This document shows positions 53,317 through 64,000 of a DNA stretch of 64,000 nt, one piece after another (within the stretch, counting starts at the first letter, position 1; each line of letters opens with the position of its first letter). The notes under the pieces are model-generated. The model saw only the letters and a list, made by a program, of their open reading frames with translations. It had not been told where the DNA came from and made no database searches. Made by a program: the position numbers and the translations under genes. The stretch is from Octopus sinensis. Taxonomy: Eukaryota. Location: the NCBI RefSeq assembly GCF_006345805.1, contig NC_043006.1, positions 93,124,001-93,188,000 on the forward strand. The letters are read 5' to 3'.

Positions 53317-53599
53317 AAATATTTTTTTTAATTAATTTTTTTTCAAATATTTGAAAAAAGTCTTTGACTTACCCCATTGAAGTACGTCTAAAGTTCATAA
53401 ATAAACATACATCCACAGGTCAAATTCACATACATCTTGAAAAAAATGTCTTTTACTCCGTCCGCACGAATTCGTCCAAAAAGTTCATAATGAGCAGATT
53501 TCACAGGTCAAACTCAAGATTCACATATATCTATGGCCATTTCGGGAGCTCACCACCGCAGTTTATTTACACTAAAGTGCAATATGGCAATGACCCCCA

Positions 53600-55280
53600 C
53601 CTCCTCCCTCATGGGAAAAGCGAATGGGCCTCAACTATGCGAACCTGTTCGTTGGCTATGTTGAGGCCCAAATATTCTCTAGTTTCACTGGTCCCACTCC
53701 CGAACTATACGGTGGTTATATTGACGACTGTATCGGTGCCACCTCACTCTCCCACGAACATCTAGACCCCTTCCTCTCTTTCTTTAAATCCTTCCATCCT
53801 GTCCTCCACTTCTCCTGCACTATCTCCAACACTTCTGTCTCCTTTCTTGACATTTCGGTCAGCATTCATCACTCCACTCTTACCACCTCCATTCACTACA
53901 AACACACACACTCACACACATACCTAAACTTCTCCTCCCACCCCAAACACACCAAGCTTTCCATCCCCTATTCCTAATTCCTCCGTCTGAGCAGGCTCTG
54001 TAGTGACGACCATGACTTTGAGACTCAGTCTCAACTCATGGCTCGCCACTTCATCCTACGTGGATACCGCCTCACCACTATCCACACCGCCATTGCCAGA
54101 GCACGTTCCATAGACCGTACATCTGCTCTCTTCCCCCGAACCCGCCCTGCAGTCTTCCACCTTCCATTTCCCCTCACTTACCACCCCACCACCCTACCTT
54201 TCCAACGCACCATTCTTCGAGCTTTCCGGCATATCCAGTCCGATCCGTCCGTTTCACACATCTTCCCTAACCGACCCCTCCCCTCCTTCAAACGAGCCCA
54301 TAACCTACGAGACCTCTTGGCCCACATCTTCTTCCCCAACCCTACCTCCTAACCTGGTTCGTTCCCCTGCTCCCGCCCACGCTGCCGCACTTGTCCTTAC
54401 CTCTCCAACACCACCCTCCTCACCGGCACCCATCATCGACCCTATCGCATTATCAACTCCTTCACCTGCACCTCCAGCAATATCATCTATTGCATCTCTT
54501 GCTCTCTCTGCCATTCCCTGTACATCGGACAAACGGGACGCCACTTGGCTGACCGGTTCGCGGAACACCTCCGAGACATCAGCCTCGGCAATAACACTCC
54601 AGTCTCACACCATTTCCGCTCCACCGGTCACTCCTTGCAACACCTGTCTGTGTTCGGATTGTACTTGCACAGAGGCCATCCGGACTCCCGCTTGCGCCGT
54701 GAACATGGATTAATCTTCTCTCTTCGCTCTTTTACGCCATTTGGGCTCAACTCTCCCCCCTTTTCATCTAACCTCCTCCCCGACTCCTACTTCTCTTCAC
54801 TCCTTCATCATTTCAACCCTACTATCTTTCCCTCTTCTTCCCTCTTTTCCCTCTACTCTCCCTCTTCTCCCCTACTCTCTTCTCCCTTCTCTCTTTTTCT
54901 CTGCTCCCTCAGTCTCCTTCTCTCCTTTCTCCCCCTGCCTCATCCTCCCCTATCATCTTCTCTCTCCCCCTCCTCCCTCCTCCTCCTCCTCCCCCTCTCT
55001 TCTCTCCTCCTCTCTCTCCTCACATACCCACCTTCCCCTTCCCCATAAACCCACCACCCACCCCTACTCTACCATCCCTATCCTCTCCACCCCCACCCCC
55101 ACATATACCTACTACACACATTATTTTCTCTCCTTGTTTTTTTCTGTGTATCTTTCTGTAGAAGAGCGTAGGCTCGAAACGTAAAAGACTTTTTCTATTC
55201 CTGAGCACTATACTAATACATCTGTTTGTTTGTAGACCACCTGCCTTCGTCTTTTGTTTATTTTCGTAAACTTTCCCTTT
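53600..55280 (+). mobile_element. Penelope-like element, 5'-truncated: RT C-terminal half, GIY-YIG endonuclease, CT-rich tract and terminal region
   Basis: MGLNYANLFVGYVE...YIDDCIG...FLDI...HPKHTKLSIPYS; RGY; NLRDLL; CSRPRCRTC; NIIYCISCSLCHSLYIGQTGRHLADRFAEH; FGLN. It ends in (TA)n. Confidence 0.93.
55151..55188 (+). ncRNA. Minimal type I hammerhead-like motif with a variant core, in the Penelope terminal region
   Basis: UCUUU-CUGUAGAA-GAGC(GUAG)GCUC-GAAA-C-GUA-AAAGA: stem I 5 bp, stem II 4 bp, palindromic ACGU stem III. The core has U at the canonical A6 position plus an extra A. Confidence 0.55.
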
Positions 55281-55294
55281 ATATATATATATTG

Positions 55295-55408
55295 GACTGC
55301 TCACTTAGCCAGCGGGGTTGTGTCATTTGAAGACTAAAACAATGCGAAGTGCATTGTGACCAGCGATGTGTAGCAACATCTGATAGCCTGGCCGGTCACG
55401 GTGATCAC

Positions 55409-55410
<2 letters not shown>
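55295..55410 (+). mobile_element. Short interspersed-repeat 3' segment between (TA)n arrays
   Basis: GC-richer island bounded by TA arrays on both sides; the family is not assignable from this window. Confidence 0.35.
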
Positions 55411-55453
<43 letters not shown>

Positions 55454-55513
55454 GAATGCTCGTGTATGTATACATCTATGTGTACATATGTATAATATAC
55501 ACATATATACATG

Positions 55514-55552
<39 letters not shown>

Positions 55553-56386
55553 TTGGCTTAGTGCAACTTTTCCTACATTAAAATATACTTTCCCTCGTTG
55601 TATATAATTTTAACGCTATTTATCAATTTGTAGCCAAAGAATTTCCAGTAATCCTACGTTGAATATCGTTGCAATTAGTAATGTAGTTGGTAAACGATTT
55701 TAAATTTTCTTAAACATATAATCACAGTGTATTCAGCAAGAAGCATTTTGGTAATATATATATATGTTGCTGTAATACATTTTGTCTAATAGATTTATCC
55801 TCCTAAACATAAATCTATCGAAATAATTAACTACATTCCCTCAAACTACTGTGTTTCAAAAAACATCCTCATCGATTTATAAAGCATATTAAATAAAATA
55901 CGTCATTACCATTTTTATTTTAATTAATACGCGGTAAAAAAAAATTCATTTCTTAAAATTCAATTAACTTAGCCCGCTTCATTGCCTCATTTTTACATTA
56001 CCTAAAATGGATTTTGCTCACTTCCCACATACATGTTTAAAAGACTCATCATAAATCACGCTTATAATAAATGTCATTTTGTATTCGCATATTTCGTGTC
56101 ACGCAAACGAATATAACTCCAGTTCTTCTTTATGTTAATCAATTTGGTTATTTTGTGTGCATTTGTAGTAATGCGTAAGTGTGCATTCTCCTCTCTGCAT
56201 GCGTATTTGTTAAACTGTCTGTTTTATTAATATACGTCACTTTTAATTTCCCACAGGGCTTTCAAAGCTACAACCAAATTATCTATGTTAAACGTTGATT
56301 GGCGATTGTATACCCCGCTTCCTGGCTGTTCTCGAATAGTCGGATACATCTGTCCTTTTGGAGACTTTCAGAATGATGTAGACAAA

Positions 56387-56974
56387 GGCAGCGATCTGGC
56401 AGAAACGTTAGCACGCCGGGTGAAATGCGTAGCCGTATTTCGTCTGCCGTTACGTTCTGAGTTCAAATTCCGCCGAGGTCGACTTTGCCTTTCATCCTTT
56501 CGGGGTCGATAAATTAAGTACCAGTTACGCACTGGTGTCGATGTAATCGACTTAATCCGTATGTCTGTCCCTGTTTGTTTTTTCTGCGTTTAGCCCCTTG
56601 TGGGTAGTAAAGAAATAGGTATTTCGTCTGCCGTTACGTTCTGAGTTCAAATTTCGCCGAGGTCGACTTTGCCTTTCATCCTTTCGGGGTCGATAAATTA
56701 AGTACCAGTTACGCACTGGTGTCGATGTAATCGACTTAATCCGTATGTCTGTCCTGTTTGTTTTTTCTGCGTTTAGCCCCTTGTGGGTAGTAAAGAAATA
56801 GGTATTTCGTCTGCCGTTACGTTCTGAGTTCAAATTCCGCCGAGGTCGACTTTACCTTTCATCCTTTCGGGGTCGATAAATTAAGTACCAGTTACGCACC
56901 GGGTTCGATGTAATCGGCTTAAACCCTTGTTTTTCTCCTCTATGTTTAGCCCCTTGTGGGCGGTAAAGAAATAA
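56387..56974 (+). mobile_element. Family A SINE concatemer: one head plus three tandem bodies
   Basis: Units start gtatttcgtctgcc at 56435, 56619 and 56802 (184, 183 and ~172 bp). Confidence 0.92.
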
Positions 56975-57299
56975 GGATACATCTGTCATTTTATTTAAGC
57001 TGCTTTTGTTTTTGTTTTTTTCTGCAATAAATTTGCCTACGATGACTATTTTCATTATTATTGTTGACAAAAGTGTGACACTACTATTCTAGTATCTGGA
57101 CAGGAAAATATATTTCAGTTACGTAACAGAAATTTAGTTGAAGAACTTTTTCAAAGAAAGAATTTTTGAGTGACAGAATAAAAAGTATCTTCCAAGATGT
57201 TTTCAGAGGTAGATTTCTTACTAATTATTTTCCTGGGTCCACTCGGTTTCTGGTATAAGTAAATTAAATAAACAAAGATGATATAAATTAAAACATCTC

Positions 57300-58730
57300 A
57301 CAAAAGATTATTTTCCCTGTTTTGACGTGTGTATATATTTGGCATTCAATATCAAGAAGATGCAACTTTTCTGTTCATTCTCCTCACTATAATTACATGA
57401 ATTATAGTAATTGTAGTTTCTCACTAAAATAATAATCTGGTTCATTTCATTTGATACATTATGTATTTCTTTCATCTGCTTCTAGACTATAGCCCTAATG
57501 TGGAGACAGACACAGCTCACAGACAAAAGAGATTTACATCTGATTGTAATGTATGCTACAAAACGCTGGATGTGCATTCGTTCAGTTCATAACTAACTAT
57601 TAACAAAAATATTTTTCTTTGTTCCCACTATTTATCCTTCCATCGAATCACCATCCAAAGTAAGGTCAACGTTTTCGACCCCTAGTATTCAAGTATTTGC
57701 TTTGATATAACCTTATGGCGACTCACTGGTTCCAGATTTCTTCAATAGAAAGAATTATAATGCACTTTCAGAGAGGCTAATGGATTTTCTCAATGGTTTA
57801 TATCACAGTTATCATAATTGATGATTAACTATTCCATTATCTTTCCCAATTTTAGCAATGTTTTGTCTTCTATGTTGCCATTTGTGACTGAAAAGAAACT
57901 CACGCAATTATCGTTAGAGGTTTGCTGTATCATTAGGAATGTAAACAAATGGTATCGATTGTGGATTCCATAGATATATCATTTATCATTTTAAATGATA
58001 ATATCAGCTTAGTACAACGTATTCACAAGCAACTACATATATAAAACGTAATTACTCATACTTGGAACAAAAATTAAATAAGTTTCTAAAACAGAAATTA
58101 CAAAATAGAATATTTCTCCGTCTTATTTTACAAATTTTAAAAAATGTGGAAAAACTACATTTGTTTATTAAACAGAATTCAATATTTCTTCTCTGAAGAA
58201 CTCATATTTGATTTGAGAATTCCAACTTTTACTTAATTTTCCTTCTTTTTCTTTTTTTTTCTAAATATCTTATCCACATTCGTAATAAGATATTGTTTCT
58301 GTTGATGGAACAGTACCGTCTATAACAGCACTCGAGGTGGAAATTGCTAAGAAGCTTAACATAAAACAGTGCAGTATACTTAGTGTAAGTAGATAACACG
58401 AATTTCCCAGCATTTTAACAGCTCGAAAGTCAAATGTGTCCTAGAACACTTAGGGTCACACATTTTTGATTTTAATGGTACACATGTATGTAATATTGGT
58501 AAATATTTCGATAGCTTACTACAAACCTCTCTCTGGAGAAGGTAGCGATGTGAAGATTATTGCATTAAATATGATTCGTGAATACGAAATATTGAATCCA
58601 TCATATGTGGTTACTGCTTGGACATCGAGGAATGCTGAAGCTTTTCTGCATTCGAAAGGAATCATCGTGGAAGATAGACCTTACACTAAATGTGCGAACA
58701 TAGGGTTCAAATCACACTGTACCATTTTAT
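57300..58730 (-). mobile_element. Ancient L1-like LINE relic (RT and post-RT)
   Basis: Ordered degenerate motifs: NAEK (DAEKAF-like), LSTYTKYTALF (SQYADDTTLF-like), INRNNILLRMWI (INxxKTxxMWIG-like), IYLW...IPNDTA...EFLF. Confidence 0.45.
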
Positions 58731-59004
58731 AACAGATAAGTACACAACACGAGCTAATGCATTCTTAGGAAATTCTAGAAAAGTAGATGGTCACATCTCA
58801 TCTTTCATAAGTCAACAACAACAGCGAAGTGCACACACGTACATCAATATATACACACGCACACTCACACACACGCGCACACTCACACACACACACACGC
58901 AAACACACACACACACACATATATATATACACATATATGTGTGTATGTATGTGCGTGTACGCGTGTGGATGCATGTATTTATGCTGTATGTATGTATGTA
59001 TGCA

Positions 59005-60075
59005 TGTCATTATTCAGTTCATTTCTAGGTTTCTTACTAAAAGAGAAAGAACCGGTTTCTATCCTAGACATAAGGTTCCTTCGTTAGAATTTCAACATCA
59101 GCAACAAGGTACTTTTGTTTGTTTGTATATAGGTGTGTATGCATATATGTATGTATGTGTGTATGTGTGTATGTATGTGCAGATTTGTATGTTTTATATA
59201 TGTATTCTCAGGCATATAGTTGCATATCTAGGCATGCTCAAATATATTTAAATGATAAACTTCTGGAGAGTTTTACAGATTTCCACAGTTCCAGTGATGG
59301 ATTGGATCCGTAATCTTCGAATTAGCTTTCTATTTTCTAGTTTTGAGAAGCCTAATTTCTCAAGTTTGGTACTTAGGCAGTGTTTTACATATCCCAGGGT
59401 CCCAATAATTACAGCTATAAATCTGAACTTGTAATCTTGATAGAGTAACTGCAGATTTCTCAATAGTTAAGCGTAGATATTCTCCTTTTCACTGATCTTC
59501 AGCTTTATGTTAACATCCACTGGGCAGCTAATTTCCACAACTGTACACAGTTTCTCTTCTCTATCCCAAATCCTTATATCAGGTCTGTTGTGCTTACATT
59601 TTATTGAGATCTTGTGGGTTTTTATTTCTTTGTCCTCCGGATTATCCTTCCGACGGATTTCATTATGGAATATCCTAGGGACAACGTCATGTAGATAAAC
59701 CGTGATGACATTTTCTGACAACTGCTTATGATGTGGGTGATATCTTCAGTGTGAACTCCACAAAGTCTGCATCGGTTGTCACTTTTTACAGTTTTTTTCG
59801 CAGGTCTATCCCTTTTGTGCATTAGGTTGATATTTCCTGTTCCTGGATTGCAAACGCATACCCTTCAAAGTGGGAAGTAGTAATCTGGCTATTGGTCCAT
59901 AGTAAACCCCTTTGATGATCGATAGTAATATCATCACGGAGCTTTCTACTAACATGTTCATGCATAGTCTTCTGCTCATATAGGCCCATTCTTTCATCTG
60001 ATAATATGTCGTAGCAGAGTGATGCGACCTCTTTGGCCATGTATTCTAGATTATCAGACAAAGCTTGTTGCTCAA
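59005..60075 (-). mobile_element. R4-like RLE retrotransposon 3' portion (same family as 22790-24160)
   Basis: ITTSHFEGYAFAIQEQEIST; CRLCGVHTEDITHIISSC; KCKHNRPDIRIWD...VEISCPVD; IIGTLGYV. Confidence 0.9.
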
Positions 60076-60185
60076 GGAGCTGCCTTTCAAATCTTATGAT
60101 GTTGTCAGCCTCATGTATTCAAATTTGGTCAAGGGATGCAATAAGGGATATGATGCGACATTCAAAGGCATTTTTCCGAGTTCTC

Positions 60186-60445
60186 TCCCCCACCCCCGTT
60201 CGCGAGCGCGCATTTTTTCCTATTCGTTTACTAAATGTTGTTGTACAGCTATTACACTATATCAAAATATTTTTGGGTCGGGTCAAACACTAGAGTTTAA
60301 AGGTCATGGTTTGATCATGTGAATTTTCCAAGTCCAATCCCCCACCTCCATTCGCGAGTGCGCATTTGTTTTCATATTCGTTTGCAGTAGGTTGTTTTAC
60401 ACCTATTACACTATATTTTCTTATTTTACTCGGGTCAACCTCTTT
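60186..60445. repeat. Two diverged ~110-bp direct repeats, period ~155 bp
   Basis: ccccac.cc..ttcgcgag.gcgcattt...tattcgttt...ctattacactatat...cgggtcaa occurs at ~60187 and ~60340. Confidence 0.7.
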
Positions 60446-60855
60446 AGTTTGACCGAAAAAAGAAGCATAAAAGTTCACAGTTCAACTTTCCTATGTTGTA
60501 GAAATAAGTTCCTAAGTCCTTAGGTGCAATTCTGCGTGGACCCATGGGGGTTAAAGTCCTGATAATATAAATGTCCAGAAAAAAGATGCGAACATATCAA
60601 CGTTCAATAACAGAATGGTAGAGGAGGTGGCTATTAAGTGGTAAAAGAAAAGAAATGTAAATAAATAGGAAGAGAGGTAGATACAGTTAGAGGGGATTTA
60701 AGGATTGGCTTTAGGATAAAGTAAGGTATATAAGCTTTATTTTTCTCCTATAACGTAATATCCCATAATCTGTGAGACTAAAATTTTTTCCAATAATAAT
60801 AATGTATATGACTTGAGATATTTGCCTTGCCTTAACGTTTGTTGTCCTCTTTAAC

Positions 60856-61012
<157 letters not shown>

Positions 61013-61793
61013 TGTATAAAGAGAGAGGGGTGGGCGGGAGATGGCATCAGCACTGGTACTCCTATATTTGTATCAAGTCCTCAATTAGACCACGGTGGAG
61101 TTTGACCATAGAAGAAAGAGTCCTGGAGCAACGAACGTGACACATTCTCCCCGATTCTATTAGGTAAGTGCTTCTGTCAACCTCTTGTAATTTGCAATTC
61201 CTTGTTGTATAATCATTGATCTGTGTTCCAGGTATTAAACATATGCAATTTCTGTGCAGCATTTTTCGCAATACAAGTAAAGAATTTGTTTTCGCTTTAG
61301 CAAATGAAGAATATATTGTATTTAAAAATCATTCGAGATTCTGAACGAAAAGCATTAGAGATGGAGGACACAGCCAAACGTTGGAGCGAGGAGACTTTTA
61401 GACAGCCATCACTGCTGAGGAGAACAATCGCATATGTGATGGGTCGATTGACGGAACGATATTTTAGCAGAGACGAGGGAGATTCTTATATATTTTCTGA
61501 CTATTTAGAATTGCTATTGATTTCCTCTAAGAATTCCACAGAAATCGGCTTCTGCAATTTTATGAATCCTTAAAACGGTTTAAATCGACTACATGATAAG
61601 ATTAGCAAGGTGAGACCCTCAGACATTAAACACGAGAGGTAAACTGATTGTATTGATTAAAGAATTGCAGAAAGTTTGGCACTGAACCGTTTCCTACCAT
61701 TCACCACTAAGTAATTACATATTAGATATTTTATTGTATCAATTAAAACGCGAGTTTTCTTTTCAAAATTGAAGAATAGGAAACATAAGTCTA

Positions 61794-63330
61794 TTATAAA
61801 TATCCGTTGTGAATCGACTGCATCAATATTGATTCAAATGAATAACCTCTTATTAAGGGATGCCTAGAATCTTGTAATTTAAATTCAGACCAACACTGAC
61901 CAAATACTCCTACATTGAAATGCATTCCATCAACGAAAATTCCGCCCTGTTTATTTGTTTCAGGCAGATAATATGTCGGACGATTATACCCAGTATAATT
62001 TCTATAAATTCTAATTTCTAAACCAAATGTTTTTCTGGAGGACGATTTAGATTCGAATCTATAATATGTATCTGTCAGGTGCATTAGATTTTATAGCAGT
62101 GTATCGACAGAGGAGAAGAGAGCTACTCATTCATGATGTACATTATTAGAAGAACAAGATAATTCTGGTAAGAGAATCTACCTTATAAATACTGAAAGGT
62201 TTGCTGCCTCCTTTGCAAAAAGGAGAGTATGAACCATTTAGGACATCATATAATCTTATTCAGAGAGCGAACTCAAAAGGATTTATAAAATGATTTACAA
62301 GTGTTTAATTAAATACTTAATATAAAAAAATGTTATATACGGCAAAGGAAACATTCCTTGCAATATAAAATTAAGAAGATTATAACATCTCACGCACGAT
62401 ATCTATTCCGTAACTAGTATTTTTCGTCACAAAAATACTGCTACCTGCATATGTACTCACGTACGCTAACGCACGCACGCACGCGCACACACACACAAAC
62501 CGAGGTTATGCTTCTCATTTAAGCATCCTGGATTTTTTGAAACTGATATTTGTAATACACTAAAAAGGCTTTAATCACCAAAATCTCTGCCTCCTCTTAT
62601 CAATGTCCGACTTTGTGGCAGAAAATGACCGAAGATCTGATAGTAGTAATCATGTTGGATTCAAATTTCTGCACGAGGCCATCAATTCTGGGAGAGAATG
62701 TAAGTCAATGACATCGACCCCAAGGCTCTGATGGTACTTATTTGGTCGACCTCGAAAGAATGAAGATTGTCCGCAGCGGAATTTGAACTCAGGATGGAAG
62801 GATAGACAAAATGCCGCTAAGCATTTTGCCGGGCGTGCTAGCGATTCTGCCAGTTCAGTGCCTAATTAACAACTATAATATTAAACAGTAATTGTAATTG
62901 CGACAAGATATTTATCTGAAAATGCAGCGAAATAGTCAAAGCTATACAGCACCCGACTATATTCTTTACGGGGTTTCGTAAAGGATTTGAAATTTTTCTT
63001 TCCGAATTAAAATATCGCTTGTGTAGATTTCTTTTCATCACTTTAGCTTAATAAATTAATGGACTATAATCAGTTTCCTTGAATCTTCAATACTCGTCCT
63101 ATATCATAAATATGATAATCAACCAATACATCGTCATAATTATTAATGATAATACGAATTGTTTTAGACAGAAACTGTTATTTTGTTTTGCTCGCTGTAT
63201 CATTAGGAATAATATTTATTGAAATGTCTCCGCAACGGTTTCTTTAGCAAACTGTTTTCCCCGTGAGACAATGAAAACAAACCTTATTTTCTTATGGAGT
63301 TCTATGATAGATATGGCTATAGTAAGTTTA
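61794..63330 (-). mobile_element. Ancient L1-like LINE post-RT relic, interrupted by a SINE
   Basis: Shares the 17-mer gctgtatcattaggaat (IPNDTA) with ~57924. It includes the 96-aa ORF 61794-62084, whose pattern resembles the L1 post-RT region; the match is weak and by eye. Confidence 0.35.
62655..62862 (-). mobile_element. tRNA-derived SINE, family A
   Basis: Reverse complement reads ctggcagaatcgctagcacgcccggcaaaatgcttagcggcatt...gagttcaaattccgctg. Confidence 0.82.
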
Positions 63331-63459
63331 TCATTTGTCATTGAAAGACCAAAATAGTTTTCAAAACATTAAGTCCGGTACAGCAAAACACGTTTTCACA
63401 AAAAGTAAAAATCAATAAAAATCCTCCGGAATAAACCTACAAGAAATATACAGTATTAT

Positions 63460-63579
63460 ATGATATATATATATATATATTATATATATATATATTATAT
63501 ATATATATATATATACATATATACATATATATATATATACATATATATATGTATATATATATATATATATATACGTATG

Positions 63580-63612
<33 letters not shown>

Positions 63613-63629
63613 TATATATATTTCAGATA

Positions 63630-63666
<37 letters not shown>

Positions 63667-63760
63667 GTATGTATGCATATTTATATATGTATATACATAC
63701 ATCGATACATAAATTTATATATACATACACACACACATATATATATATATATATACAAGC
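63460..63760. repeat. Interrupted (TA)n array
   Basis: Direct reading. Confidence 0.95.
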
Positions 63761-64000
63761 ATATACTTATATAGGACTGCATATAATTTTTATTGTCTAT
63801 GAAAACAATTTTAAATAAGTGTCCCTTTATTGGCGAAATGATGCTTTATTCATCTCAAATAAATATAAAAACACTATCTTATGAAATATATTCTAATAAA
63901 CCTGATTCAATTAAATGCCAGGAACGAAAAGATATATAAATATATAAATCCCATCTTTTGAAAAATAGCAAGAGAATGGCTCAATAAATAAAGCAGACAT

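Noticed and set aside
56435-56974. Regularly spaced repeats that might suggest a CRISPR-like array
   Set aside because: Whole 184-bp units repeat with no unique spacers, and they are SINE bodies in eukaryotic DNA.
58466-58732. 88-aa protein-like plus-strand ORF
   Set aside because: It is antisense to degenerate L1-like RT motifs, and no splice donor supports an exon.
62098-62167. Plus-strand ag...gtaaga-bounded segment
   Set aside because: Stops in all three frames.

Overview
This is AT-rich, microsatellite-saturated metazoan DNA with no host gene that I can support from the sequence. The SINE families and composition resemble what I know of Octopus (coleoid cephalopod) genomes; that assignment is an inference. 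The window is a transposon graveyard. It holds a near-complete DD34D mariner with 34-bp TIRs, two other mariner relics and two DD37D-type Tc1/mariner relics. It also holds two head-to-tail L1/Tx1-like LINEs embedded in a (GATA)n array, a same-strand stack of R4/Dong-like RLE retrotransposon 3' ends separated by (AAT)n, and further R4-like, CR1-like, RTE-like and very old L1-like fragments. A Penelope-like element carries RT, GIY-YIG and a minimal hammerhead-like fold. The rest comprises three tRNA-SINE families (one as a 3x concatemer, two in nested insertions with TSDs), a Helentron/DINE-like element, MITE-like inverted repeats and a near-perfect 1.1-kb tandem duplication. The most interesting signal is that different retroelement families each abut their own microsatellite: Tx1-like with GATA, R4-like with AAT, and Penelope and LINE tails with TA. 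Most ORFs in the supplied track are low-complexity or antisense artefacts. All motif matches were made by eye, and boundaries of degraded elements are approximate.
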